From Squalus acanthias (taxonomy: Eukaryota): a DNA stretch of 64,000 bases. The translations under genes were made by a program, and so were the position numbers. The stretch lies in assembly GCA_030390025.1 (NCBI GenBank), contig JASTWF010000034.1, positions 2,914,001 through 2,978,000 on the forward strand. The letters are read 5' to 3'. Positions 1-12,800 of the stretch are shown piece by piece. The notes beneath the pieces are model-generated. The model was not told the origin of the DNA and did not search any database. It saw only the letters and a program-made list of their open reading frames with translations. The stretch's first letter is position 1. The number at the start of each line of letters is the position of its first letter.

Positions 1-1235
1 TGTAATCTAGGCGGCCCTGGGAATGAAATTCCTGGACTGAGGCGGGAGCAGTGTAACCTAGGCAGCCCTGGGAATGAAATTCCTGGACTGCGGTGGGAGC
101 AGTGTAATCTAGGCAGCCCTGGGAATGAAATTCCATGGACTGAGGCAGGAGCAGTGTAATCTAGGCAGCCCTGGGAATGAAATTCCTGGATTGAGGCGGG
201 AGCAGTGTAATCTAGGCAGCCCTGAGGATGAAATTCCTGGATTTAGGCAGGAGCAGTGTAAACTAGGCAGTCCTGGGAATGAAATTCCTGGATTGAGGTG
301 GGAGAAGTGTAATCTAGGCTGTGCCTGGGAATGAAATTCCTGGACTGAGGTGGGAGCAGTATAATCTAGGCTGTGCCTGGGAATTAAATTCCAGGACTGA
401 GGCGGGAGCAGTGTAACCTAGGCAGCCCTGGGAATGAAATTCCTGGACTGAGGTGGGAGCAGTGTAATCTAAGCAGCCCTGGGAATGAAATTCCTGGACT
501 GAGGCAGGAGCAGTGTTAACTAGGCAGCCCTGGGAATGAACTTCCAGGATTGAGGCAGGAGCAGTGTAATGTAGGCAGCCCTGGGAATGAAATTCCTGGA
601 CTGAGGCAAGAGCAGTGTAATCTAGGCAGCCCTGGGAATGAAATACCTGGAATGAGGCAGGAGCAGTGTAATCTAGGCAGCCCTGGGAATTAAATTCCTG
701 GATTGAGGCGGGAGCAGTGTAATCTAGGCAGCCCTCTGAATGAAATTCCTGGACTGAGGAGGGAGCAGTGTAACCTAGGCAGCCCTGGGAATGAAATTCC
801 TGGACTGAGGTGGGAGCAGTGTAATCTAGGCAGCCCTGGGAATGAAATTCCGGGACTGAGGCAGGAGCAGTGTAATCTAGGCAGCCCTGTGAATTAAGTT
901 CCTGGATTTAGGCGGGAGCAGTGTAATCTAGGCAGCCCTGAGAATGAAATTCCTGGACTGAGGCGGGAGCAGTGTAAACTAGGCAGTCCAGGGAATGAAA
1001 TTACTGGATTGAGGTGGGAGCAGTGTAAACTAGGCGGCCCTGGGAATGAAATTCCTGGATTGAGGCAGGAGCAGTGTAATCTAGGCGGCCTTGGGAAAGA
1101 AATTCCTGTACTGAGGCGGGAGCAGTGTAATCTAGGCGGCCCTGGGAATGAAATTCCTGGATTGAGGTGGAGCAGTGTAATCTAGGCCGCCCTGGGAATG
1201 AAATTCCTGGATTGAGGTGGGAGCAATGTAATCTA
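1..1235. repeat. 51-bp tandem repeat (~24 copies, runs off window start)
   Basis: Unit tgtaatctaggcagccctgggaatgaaattcctggactgaggcgggagcag is read directly; the 17-codon period explains the repetitive ORFs at 125-334 and 703-897. Confidence 0.95.
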
Positions 1236-2729
1236 GTCGAGTCCCATCGTTCCATCACTGGGATATTCTCTCTGATCCCGCCATTTAAGACCATTTATTT
1301 ATTATTTCTTTAATCCTGATGGCCTGGTATGGAATAAATCAGAGATCTAGTGTGGGGAAATCAATTTTGTCAGTGGTCTAAACAGAGTGCTAAGGTTGTG
1401 AATTTGGAAAGCTTGGGAATTGGAGAGTGGGGGAAGGAGGAGAGAGCGAGAGGAGCGGCCGGAGGTAAAGGTAGGCCAGAGAACCCGGAGCTGGGAGCGA
1501 GTGTTAGGGAGTGAGGTAAGTGACATCAGCACAAGGGAAGACGCTGCAAAGAAAAAATAGCATGTTGATGGTGATTTTTTTGAAGTCTTGAGTTTAATTC
1601 CGTTAAGTTAGTTGGTAGTCTATTAAATAGAGGCATGGCAGGGCACCTCAGTGCCGTGGAATGTACACCTTGTGTCATGTGGGAACTCCAGGACACTTCC
1701 CACGGGTTTCGGAGCTTGAGCAGCAGCTGGCTTCACTGCGGTGCAGCCGTGAGGCTAAGAGCTCCGTGGATAGCACGTTTCAGGAGGTGGTCACCCCGCA
1801 GCATAAGAGTGTGCAGGAAGAGAGGGAATGGATGACCGTCAGACAGACAAGGAGAACCACGCATTTAGTGCAGGAGCCCCATGAGTGCATCTCACTCTCG
1901 AACCAATATTCGATGGGTCCTCTGGGGAGTACAGCCAGAGCCAAGTCCATGGCACCACTGGTGGCTGAGCTGTAGGGGGGCGGGGGCAGGAAGGTCGGGA
2001 AAGCAATAGTGATAGGAGATTCGATAGTTAAAGGAACAGACAGGTGTTTCTCCAGCCACAGACGTGACTCCAGGATGATATGTTGCCTCCCTGGTACCAG
2101 GGTCAAGGATGTCACTGAGTGGCTGCAGGACATTCTGAGGGGTGATGGTGAACAGACTGAGGTCGTGGTCCATATTGGAATCATCCACATAGGTAGAGAG
2201 AGGAATGTGATCCTGTAGGCAGATAATAGGGAGCTAGGAAAGAGATTATAAAGCAGGACCTCGAAGGTAGTAATCTCCAGATTACTCCTGGTGCCACGAG
2301 CAAGTGAATACAGAAATAGGAGGAGAGAGCAATTTAATGTGTGGCTGGAGATATGGTGCTGGAGGGAGGGCTTTATATTCCTGGGACATTGGGGCCGGTT
2401 CTGGGGGAGGTGGGACCTGAAAAGGCCGGTCGGGTTGCACCTCAACAGAGCCGGAACCAATATACTCACGAGGTGTGGGCGGGGGTGGTTGCTAGTGCTG
2501 TTGGCGAGCGTTTAAACTAATCTGCCAGGGGGATGGGCACCAGGATGTGGCATTAGAAAGGAGAAACAAGGTTCACAAAAGATAGGGAGAGACAGATAGC
2601 AGTAAAGCATGAAATAGTACGGTATTATGTGGGTTCAGACTAACAGAGAATCCATGAAGGTCTAAGATAGAAACAGAAAATGCTGGAAACACTCAGCAGG
2701 TCAGGCAGCATCCGGGGAGAAAGGAACAG

Positions 2730-2766
2730 AGTTAACGTTTCAGGTCTGTGACCCTTCATCAGAACT
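2730..2766 (-). ncRNA. Minimal hammerhead ribozyme (Penelope type)
   Basis: Minus strand AGUU-CUGAUGA-A-GGGUC-ACA-GACCU-GAAA-CGU-U-AACU: intact core, stems I and II, palindromic ACGU in place of helix III. Confidence 0.82.
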
Positions 2767-2793
2767 GGAAAAAGTTAGAGAGGTAACAGGTTA

Positions 2794-4842
2794 ACATAAG
2801 TACATAAGAAATAGGAGCAGGAGTAGGCCAATCGGCCCCTCGAGCCTGCTCCGCCATTCAATAAGATCATGGCTGATCTGATCCTAACCGCCAATCTACT
2901 ATCTATCACAGAACCATCTCCTGCATCTAACAGAATTGCACACACGAAATAGGAGCAGAATCAGGCTACACGGTCCCTGGGCCCGCTCCACTACCCACAG
3001 GGCCATGACCGATCCGAACCTAGACTCATGTCCAAATTCCTGCCCGCTCCCCGTAACCCTTAATGCCCTTTACTTCTAGGAAACTGTCTATTTATGTTTT
3101 AAATTTATTTAATGATGTAGCTTCTACAGCTTTTTGTGGCAGCATATTCCATGGACCTACCACCCTCTGAGTGAAGTAGTTCCTCCTCATCTCAGTTTTG
3201 AAAGAGCAGCCCCTTATTCTAAGACTATGTCCCCTAGTTCTAGTCTCACCCGTCATCGGGAACATCCTCCCCGCATCCACCCGATCCAACCCCTTCACAA
3301 TCTTATATATTTCAATAAGATCTTCTCTCATTCTTCTGAACTCCAATGAGTAGAGTCCCAATCTACCCAACCTCTCCTCATATGACCACCCCCTCATCCC
3401 CGGGATTAACCGAGTGAACCTTTTTTGCACTGCCTCGAGAGCAAGGATGTATTTCCTTAAGTAAGGACACCAAAACTGTATGCAGTATTCCAGGTGCGGT
3501 CTCACCAATACCTTGTAAAACTGAAGCAATACCTCCCTATTTTTATATTCTATCCCCCTAGCAATGAAAGCCAACATTCCATTTGCCTTCTTAATCACTT
3601 GCTGCACCTGCATACTAACCTTTTGAGTTTCGTGCACCAGGACCCCCAGATCCCTTTGCACTTCAGTACTCTCCAGTTTCTTGCCATTAAGATAATAAAT
3701 TGCTCTAGGATTTTTCCTGCCAAAGTGCATCACCTCACACTTTCCAGTGTTGTATTCCATCTGCCAAATCTCTGCCCACTTACTTAGCCTGTCTATGTCC
3801 CCTTGCAGGTTTTTTATGTCCTCCTCTCTCACTACTTTCCCTCCCATCTTTGTATCATCTGCAAATTTTGATATGTTACACTTGGTCCTTCCTCCAAATC
3901 GTTAATATAGATTGTAAAGAGTTGGGGACCCAGCACTGACCCCTGTGGAACACCACTAGTTACTGATTGCCAGTCTGAGAATGAACCATTTATCCCAACT
4001 CTTTGCTTTCTGTTAGATAGCCAATCCTCTATCCATGCCAGAATATTACCCCCAATCCCGTGATTTTTTACCTTAAGCAATAATCTTTTGTGTGGCACCT
4101 TGTCAAATGCCTTTTGGAAGTCTAAATACACTACGTCCACTGGTTCCCCTTTATCCACTCTATATGTTACTTCCTCAAAGAACTCCAGCAAATTTGTCAA
4201 ACATGACTTCCCCTTCGTAAAACCATGCTGACTTTGTCCTATTAAATTATGATTATCCAAATGTCCTGTTACTGTTTCCTTAATAATGGACTCCAAAATT
4301 TTACCTACCACAGATGTTAGGCTAACTGGTCTATAGTTACCAGCCTTCTGTCTACTGCCCTTTTTAAATAAGGGTGTTACATTAGCAGTTTTCCAGTCTG
4401 CCGGGACCTTAGCGGAATCCAGGGAGTTTTGAAAAATTATTACCAATGCATCTACAATCCCTACCGCCACTTCCTTCAAGACTCTAGGATGTAAGCCATC
4501 AGGTCCAGGTGATTTATCCGCCTTGAGTCCCATTATTTTACCGAGTACCACTTCCTTAGTGATTTTGATCGTGTTTAGCTCCTCTCCCCCTATAGCCCCC
4601 TGTTTGTCCAGTGTTGGGATATTCTTAGTGTCCTCTACTGTAAAGACTGATACAAAATATTCATTCAGTGTTTTTGCCATCTCCATATTTCCCACCATTA
4701 ATTTCCCGGTCTCATCCTCTAAGGGACCAACATTTACTTTAGCCACCCTTTTTCTTTTTATATAACTATAAAAACTCTTATTATCTGTTTTTATATGTTT
4801 TGCTAATTTACTTTCATAATCTATCTTCCCTTTCTTAATCAA
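2794..4842 (-). mobile_element. 5'-truncated CR1 LINE (RT region, one frameshift)
   Basis: ORFs 3832-4842 and 3092-3847 contain [34 protein letters not shown] and RPHLEYC; ttcttatg-type tail at ~2794-2810. Confidence 0.95.
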
Positions 4843-5344
4843 TCAGGTGCAGGGGCAGGGAAAGGGGGGAGGGGAGGAAATAACAAAAGGGACGGTCTGT
4901 CATAGGGTGGAAGGCAGGAGTGGTTAAATGTTACAAATGTGGATGGTAGAATCATCAACAGCTGCCGCCGGAGCTGCAGTCAGTGTGGGAGTGGAGCGGA
5001 GAATTAAAGTGACAAGCGCTCCACTCCCACTCTGACCTCTCTGTCCTCGGCCTCTTACAACGTAAGCTCGAGGAACAACACCTCATCTTCCTATTAGGCA
5101 CTTTATCAGCCTTCTGGACTCAACACTGAGTTCAACAATTTCAGACCTTAACCTCGGCCCCCATTTTTCAGGCGGCAGCTGTTGATGATTCTACTATTGC
5201 CATTTGCAACATTTAACCACTCCTGCCTTCCACCCTATCACAGGCCGTTCCTTTTATTACTTCCTCCCCGACACCCTTTCCCTGCCCTGCATCAGATTTC
5301 CAGCATCCGCAGTATTTTGCTATTGCAATGTCTAAAATTAAATA

Positions 5345-5810
5345 AAAAGAAAGACTTACATTTATATAGCGCCTTTCACGACCACCAGACGTCTCGAAGC
5401 GTTTTACAGCCAATTAATACTTTTGCAGTGTAGTCACTGTTGTAATGTGAGAAACGCGGCAGCCAATTTGCGCACAGCAAGCTCCCAGAAACAGCAACGT
5501 GATAATGACCAGATAAACTGTTTCTTTTATATTGATTGAGGGATAAATATTGGCCAGAACACCGGAGATAACTCCTGTACTGTTCTTCGAATTTGTGCAA
5601 TCGGATCTTTTCCGTCCACCTGAGAGAGCAGACGGGGCCTCGGTTTAACGTCTCACCCGAAAGACGGCACCTCCAACAGTGCAGCACTCCCTCATTACTA
5701 CATTGGAGTGTCAGTCTAGATTTATGGGCTCAATTCCCTGGAGTGGGCACTTGAACACATAACCTCTGACTGAGAGGCGAGTGTGCTACCAACTGAGCTA
5801 CAGCTGACAC
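5345..5810 (-). mobile_element. SacSINE1-like DeuSINE (tRNA-derived head + Deu domain)
   Basis: Minus strand has a tRNA-like A/B-box head (tagctcagttggt...gtgttcaagt) and the Deu-domain core gaggtgccgtctttcgggtgagacgttaaaccgaggccccgtctgc. Family name is from recognition, not a database search. Confidence 0.82.
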
Positions 5811-8684
5811 TGTCAGATGGGTTTACAGTGCATGTGTGTAAACGCACGAAGCGCGGTCAATAAGGTTGGTGAGCTGGAGGAGCAAATAGCAACATAGGAA
5901 AATGATGTTGTGGCGATAACAGAGACCTGGCTTTAAAAAGGGCAGGATTGGGTACTAAATATTCCTAAGTATAAGATATTCGGGAAAGATAGGGAAGGAA
6001 AGAAATGTGGTAGGTTAGCAGTATTGATAAAGGAGAATATTAAAGTGCTGGAGACGAGAGGATGTCTTGGAGGGATAAAGGACAGAATATATTTGGTTAC
6101 AGTGAAGGAACAATAGAGGTACCATTACACTGCTAGATGTATTCTATCGGCCACCAACTAGTGGAAAGGAGCAAATTTGCAGGGAAATTAGAGAAGTAGA
6201 AGAAATATAGAGTAGTAATAATGGGGGACTTCAGTTATCCTAATATAGACTGGGATAATAATTGTATAAAAGGCAGAGATGGGGAAGAATTTCTGAAGTG
6301 AGTTCAAGAGAACTTTCTTGATGGGCCCAAAGAGGAACGAAGCATTGCTGGATCTGGTTCTGGGGAATGAGGTAGGTCAAGTGGAGAAAGTGTCAGTAAG
6401 GGAACATTTAGGGAACAGTGATCATAGTATCATCAAGTTTAGATTAGCTATGGAAAAGGACAAGGAACAATCTAGAGTGAAAATACGTAATTGGGGAGGG
6501 CCAATTTCAGTGGGTTGAGAACGGAGTTGGCTTGGGTAAATTGGAATCAAATATTGGCAGGCAAAGCTGTAATCGAACAATGGACCGCCTTTAAAGAAGT
6601 GATGATTCGGGTACAATCGAGGTACATTTCCACGAGGCGGTTAGGCAGCGCAAACAAAGCCGGAGCTCCCTGGATGACGAAAGAGATAGTGATTAAGAGG
6701 AAGCAGGAAAATATGGCGTATGACATATGTGAAGTTGAGAATACAAGTGAGAACCAGGCTGAATACACAAAGTTGGGAGAGAAAGTGAAAAACGAAATAA
6801 GACGGGCAAACAGAGTATGAGAATAAATTGGCAGCTAACAAAAAAATGGAATCCAAACGTCTTCTATAGGAATATAAATAGTAAATGGGCAGTAAGAGGA
6901 GGGGTGGGGCTGATTAAGGGCCAAAACGGAGACCTTTGAATGGAGGCAGAGGGCATGGTTGAGATATTAAATTAATACTTGGTATCTGTCTTTACCAAGG
7001 AAGGAGCTGCTGCCAAAGTCATAGTGAAAGAGGAGATAGTTAAGATACTGGATGGACTAAAAATTGATAAAGACGGGGTACTAGAAAGGCTGGCTGTACT
7101 TAAAGTAGATAAGTCACCAGGAGCGGATGGGATGCTTCCTAGGATGCTGAGGGAGGTAAGGGTGGAAATTGCGGAGGTACTGTCCATACTCTTCCAATCT
7201 TCTTTAGATACAGTGTGGTGCCAGAGAACTGGAGAATTGCAACTGTTACAGCCTTGTTCAAAACGGGTGTAAGGATAAACCCAGCAACTGTAAAGCAACC
7301 AGTTTAACCTTGCTGGTTGGGAAGCTTTTAGAAACTATAATCTGGGACAAAATTAACAGGCACTTCGACAAGTGTGGATTATTTAAGGAAAGCCAGCACG
7401 GATTTGTCAAAGGGAAATCGTGTTTTAACTAACTTGTCGTGTTTATTGATGATTCAACAGAGAGGGTTGATGGGCTCAATGCGGTTGATGTTTTGTATAT
7501 GGACTTCAAAAAGACGTTGATAAAGTGCCACATAACAGGTGTGCCAGCAAAGCTGAAGCCCATGGAATAAAAGAGACAGTGGCAGCATGGATACACAATT
7601 GGCGAAGTGACAGAAAACAGAGAGTAGTGGTGAACGGTTGTTTTCCGGAATGGAAGAAGGTATACAGTGGTGTTCCCCAGGGGTTGGTACTAGGACCACT
7701 GCTTTTCTTGATAAATATTAATGATTTGGACTTGGTGGTAAAGGGCACAATTTCGAAATTTGCAGATGACACAACACTTCGAAGTATAGTGAACAGTGAG
7801 GAGAATAGTGATAGACTTGAAGAGGATATAGACATGCTGGGAGAATGGGCGGACACGTGGCAGATGTCATTTAACGCAGAAACATATGAAATGATAAAAT
7901 TTGGTAGGAAGAATGAGGAGAGACAATATAAAGTAAAGGGTACAATTCTAAAAGGGGTGCATGAACAGTGAGACCTGGGGTATATGGGCACAAATCGTTG
8001 AAGTTTGCAGGGCAGGTTGAGAAAGCGGTTAAAAAAGCATACAGGATCCTGGGCTTCATAAATAGAGGCATAGAGTACAGAAACAAGGAAGTTATGATGA
8101 AACTGTATAAAACACTGGTCCAGCCTCAACTGGAGTATTGTGTCCAATTCTGGGCACCGCACTTTAGGAAGGATTTGAATGCCCTAGAGCGGGTGCAGAA
8201 ATGATTTACAAGAAAGATTCCAGGGATTAGGGACTTCAGTTATGTGGATAGACTGGAGAAACTGGGGTTGTTATACTTAGAGCAGAGAAGGTTGAGAGGA
8301 GATGTGAGAGAGGTGTTCAAAATCATGAGGGCTCTGGACAGAGTAGATAGCGAAAAACTGTTCCCATTGGTGGAAAGGTCGCTAATCAGAGGACACAGAT
8401 TTAAGGTGATTGGCAGAATAACCAAAGGGGACATAAGGAAAAGCTTTTTTACGCAGCGAGTGGTTAGGATCTGGAATGCACTACCTTAAAGGGTGGAGGA
8501 GGCAGATTCAGTTGTGGCTTTCAAAAGGGGATTGGATAAGTACCTGAAGGAAAAAAATTGCACGGCTTTGGGGAAAGCGCGTGGGAGTGGAACTTGCTGA
8601 AGTGCTCTTGCAGAGAGCCGGCACGGGCTCGACGGGCCGAATGGCCTCCTTCTGCGTTGTAACCATTCTATGATTCTATCTTTT

Positions 8685-9151
8685 AAGAAAGAAAGACTTG
8701 CATTTATATAGCACCTTTCACGACCACCGGACATCTCAAAACGCTTTACAGCCAATGAAGTACTTTCGGAAGTGTAGTCACTGTTGTATTGTGGGAAACA
8801 CGGAAGCCAATTTGTGCGCAGCAAGCTCCCACAAAAGGCAATGTGATAATGACCAGATAATCTGTTTCTGTTATGTTGATTGTTGGATGAACATTGGCCA
8901 TGACACCGGGGATAACTCCCCTGCTCCTCTCGAAATAGTGCCATGGAATTTTTACGCTCACCTGAGAGCGCAGACAGGGCCTCGGTTTAACGTCTCATCC
9001 GAAAGACGGCACCTCCGACAGTGCAGCACTCCCTCAGCACTGCACTGGAGTGTCAGCCTAGATTTATGTGCTGCAAGTCCCTGGAGTGGGACTTAAACCC
9101 AAAGCGTCTGAGTCAGAGCGAGTGTGCTACCCACTGAGCAACAGCTAACAC
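8685..9151 (-). mobile_element. SacSINE1-like DeuSINE, second copy
   Basis: Colinear and highly similar to 5345-5810; abuts the CR1 3' tail. Confidence 0.82.
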
Positions 9152-9264
9152 ATTATTCCTTAATTTTTCTGTCACTTTCTCGTCTTTTGTTTCTCAGCTT
9201 TTGATCAATACAGGAAGAGAAACTCCCTTCTCTCTCTTCTATCCTCGGTATTTTTGGACTCTAC

Positions 9265-9405
9265 AGGAATCAAGGGATAGGAGGATGAGTTGGGTGTGGG
9301 GGGAATGTGGATTTGCGGTCGAAGATCAGCCATGATCTTATTCAATGAAGGGTTCGAAGGGCCGTATAGCCGACTCCTGCTCCTAATACTTATATTCTTA
9401 TGTTT
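9265..9405 (+). mobile_element. CR1 3' UTR fragment
   Basis: gatcagccatgatctt...actcctgctcctaatacttatattcttatg matches the CR1 tails elsewhere in the window. Confidence 0.75.
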
Positions 9406-9564
9406 ATGGGCAGATGAAATATTGCGTATTCGCTCACTTTTAATTTAAAACTGTGTACAGTAAGGTGAGCTAGATTGTGTTGCAGTAAAGTGTTGTGGTG
9501 ACAATGGTTCAATGAGTCTGTTTGTTCAATGACTGTAATTAATGCCAGTTACAGTGAGGCCTAA

Positions 9565-9600
9565 TGATGTCACTCGGGGATTTCCCACTGCTCTAAATAA
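9565..9600 (+). promoter_or_regulatory. Putative GPCR core promoter: CRE-like site, NF-kB site, TATA-like box
   Basis: TGATGTCA at 9565-9572, GGGGATTTCCC at 9576-9586 and TAAATA at 9594-9599, all within 120 bp upstream of the ATG at 9685. Confidence 0.55.
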
Positions 9601-9684
9601 GGAGCTCCTTTCTCTGTGTCACCTCACACAGTCAGCGCGCTGCCCCCAGCACAAAGACCACCAGACACTCACAATAAGAAAGGC

Positions 9685-9775
9685 ATGGATTGGGGTGAAG
9701 TGCTTAGGATATTAGGAATATGTTATGATATACAAAATATGTACTATCCCCTCCTCACTGCTGTTGATGTTCCTA
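9685..9775 (+). CDS. GPR139/GPR142-like GPCR, coding exon 1
   Basis: Encodes MDWGEVLRILGICYDIQNMYYPLLTAVDVP followed by a phase-1 donor a|gtaag at 9776. YYPLL..V.VP is the start of TM1, which exon 2 lacks. Confidence 0.8.
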
Positions 9776-9809
9776 GTAAGGATCTATGTCCAGTTATTAA
9801 TTCTAAGTG

Positions 9810-12800
9810 ATGGAGAGGCCCAGAGAAAGAGCTAGGCGTTTCAGTGACGAGGCATTGGTGGCTCTGGTTGGCGCTGCGGGACGGCGATGGGCAGTGCTGC
9901 TCCAAGAGAGTGGCAGGAGGCCATTGCCCCGGGAATTTAGAAGGGTGTGGAGGGAGGTGGTTCAGCACATCTGCTCGAGGAGCCTGATGCCGAGGACCCA
10001 CACCCAATGTCGTATGAAGTTCAATTACCTCATTCGGGTGATTACCTACTTTTCAATACCTCTACATCCCTCCATCTCAACTCCACTCTGTGCCCAGAGG
10101 ATTTACAAACCCAAATGCCCAACACTCATCCAAGAACTATGTCCATCTCATAAAACACACATGCACATCCCACACCTTGCACACATTAATCGCTATTCAA
10201 CTAGAGGAGACACAACTGCCAAAAACATGGCTGCACACAGTAACGGCTAATCAACTATAGTAGGCACATCTGCTAAACACATGGCTGCACACAATAACGG
10301 CTGTTCAACTATTCTAGGCACATCCTGGTGACTCCAGGATCGTAGGTTGCTTCCCTGGTTCCAGGGTCAAGGATGTCACTGAACGGCTGCAGGGCATTCT
10401 GAAGGGGAAGGGGGAACAGTCAGAGGTCGTGGTTCACATTGGCACTAACGACATAGGTAGAAAGAGGGATGAGGTCCTGCAACCAAATTTAAGGAGTTAG
10501 GAAGCAGATTCAAAAGCAGGACCTCAAAGGTTGTAATCTCTGGATTACTCCCGGTGCCATGTGCAAGTGAGTATAGTAATAGGAGGATAGAGCAGATGAA
10601 TGCGTGGCGAAAGAGTTGGTTCAGGAGGGAGGGCTTTAGTTTGATGGATCACTGGGTATCCTTCTGGGGAAGGTGGGACCTGTACTAGTCTGACGGGTTG
10701 CACCTGAACCGGAAAGGGACCAGCATCCTTGCGGGGAGGTTTGCTAGTGCTGTTGGTGTGGGGGAGGGGGCTTAAACTAACATGGCAGGGGGATGGGATA
10801 CGGAATGGAGCTATAGTAGGGGGTGATGCACAGCCAAATATAGAGAAAAGAACAACTCAGTCTGAAAGCCAGAGCAAATATGTAACGGCACAAGGGGTTA
10901 TGGCAAGCCTGGATGGCATTTATTTTAATGCAAGGAGTCTTACGAGTAAGGCAGAGGAATTGAAGGTGTTGATGAACACATGGGAGTATGATAGTATTGC
11001 TATCACAGAGACATGGTTGAGGGATGGGCAGGACGGGCAGCTCAATATTCCGGGGTATAGAATCTTCAGGCGAGACAGAGGGGTTGTAAAAGAGGAGTGG
11101 GTATCGCAATATTAATCAAGGAGTCAATTACTGCAGTAAGGAGGGATGATATCTTAGCAGGTTCCTCTAATGAGGCCCGATGGGTAGACCTTAAAAACAA
11201 AAAGGGGGCAAGCACTTTGGTGGAAGTGTACTAAGGCCCCCAAACAGTCTGGGGGAGATAGAGGAACAGATATGTAGGCAAATCTCAGAGATGTGCAGAA
11301 AAAATAGGTTAATAATAGTAAGGGATTTCAACTTCCTCAATATTAACTGGGATAGTCAGAGTTTGAAAGGCTTAGAGGGTGCGGAATACTTAAAGTTCAT
11401 CCAGGAGAGCTTTTTGAGCCAGCATGTAAAAAGTCCTACAAGAGAGGGGGCAGTACTGGACCTAATTCTAGGGAATGTACGCGGGCAAGAGGTAGAAGCG
11501 TCAGTAGGAGTGCATTTTGGTGACAGTGACCATAATTCGGTGAGATTTAAGGTAGTCATGGAAAAGGACAAAGATGGATCGGAAATAAAGGTTCTAAATT
11601 GGGGGAAGGCCGATATTAATATGATAAGGCAGGGTCTGGCCAAAATGGACTGGGATCAGCTACTTGTAGGAAAAACCACATCAGAGCAGTGGGAGTCATT
11701 CAGAAATGAAATAGAAAGTGTACAGCGCCAACATGTTCCCGTAAAGGTCAAGGGTGCGACCAACAAGTCCAAGGAACCCTGGATGTGAAGGGATATACAT
11801 GAATGGATTAGGAAAACAGGGAGGCTTTTGGCAGATACAAAGGACTAAAAACAGTGGAAGCCCTAGAAGTGTACAGAAAGTGCAGGGGGGTACTTAAAAA
11901 AGAAATTAGGACAGCGAAGAGGGGTCATGAAAAAACACTGGCAGTCTAAATAAAGTAAAATCCCAAGGTGTTTTATAAGTATATTAAGGGCAAGAGAAGA
12001 ACCAGGGAAAGAGTAGGGCCCATTAGGGACCAAAGTGGCAATCTGTATGTAGAGCCGTAAGATGTAGGTGAGGTTTTAATTTAATATTTTGCATCTTTGT
12101 TCATTATGGAGAAGGACGATATAGGCATTGATAGCATGCAGGGGGATTGTGATATAATTGAACAACTTAGCATTGAATGTGTGGCGATACTAACGGTCTT
12201 TAGCGGGCTTAAATGTGGATAAATCCACAGGCCCAGACAAGATGTATCCCAGGCTGTTGTGTAAGGCAAGGGAGGAGATTGCAGGGGCTCTGACATAAAT
12301 TTTCAGAACCTCTCTAGCCACAGCGGAGGTGCCAGAGGACTGGAGAACAGCTAACATAGTACCATTATTCAACAAGGGTAGTAGGGATAAACCAGGGAAT
12401 TACAGGCCAGTGAACCTAATATCAGTGGTAGGGAAATTATTGGAAAAATTCTGAGGGACAGAATTAGTCTCCACTTGCAGAGTCAAGGATTGATCCAGGA
12501 TAGTCAGCGTGGCTTTGTCAGGGGGAGATCATGTCTAACCAATTTGATTGAATTTTTCGAGTGGGTGACCAGGTGTGTGGATGAGGGTAGTGCAGTTGAT
12601 GTAGTCTACATGGACTTCAGTAAGGCTTTTGACAAAGTTGCGCATGGGAGACTGGTCAGGAAGGTAAAAGCCCATGGGCTCCAGGGCAATTTGGCACATT
12701 GGATGCAAAATTGGCTTAGTGGCAGCAGGCAGAGGATGATGGTCGAAGTTTTTTTTTTAACTGGAAGCCTGTGTTCAGTGGTGTACCGCAGTGATCGGTG

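Larger units (their letters stand above)
2671..5325. mobile_element. Non-autonomous Penelope-like element with inverted arms, split by a CR1 insertion
   Basis: 4846-4965 is an inverted copy of ~5170-5292. 5060-5150 encodes a GIY-YIG C-terminus-like remnant (RKLEEQHLIFLLG...PSGLNTEFNNF). The left end carries a hammerhead motif. Confidence 0.75.
1330..8680 (+). mobile_element. Near full-length degenerate CR1 LINE, interrupted at ~2670-5810 by nested insertions
   Basis: ORF1 remnants at 1635-2515: CxxC motif, coiled coil, SGNH-esterase motifs IGDSIV and VVVHIG. ORF2 remnants at 5816-8490: endonuclease (NARS, AITETWL) and RT (GVPQG, FADD). 3' tail ccattctatgattctat at ~8663-8679. Many stops and frameshifts. 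Confidence 0.92.

Noticed and set aside
1..1235. CRISPR-like array
   Set aside because: Units are contiguous with no unique spacers, there are no cas genes, and the context is vertebrate. The same applies to the other arrays.
5745..5810. tRNA genes at SINE heads (also ~9085-9151 and ~28390-28459)
   Set aside because: A/B boxes are present but run directly into SINE bodies; no complete cloverleaf.
9808..9812. TGATG stop-start overlap between the exon-1 read-through frame and the Myb ORF
   Set aside because: Most simply a by-product of the deletion junction; the Myb gene is disrupted downstream, so coupled translation is unsupported.
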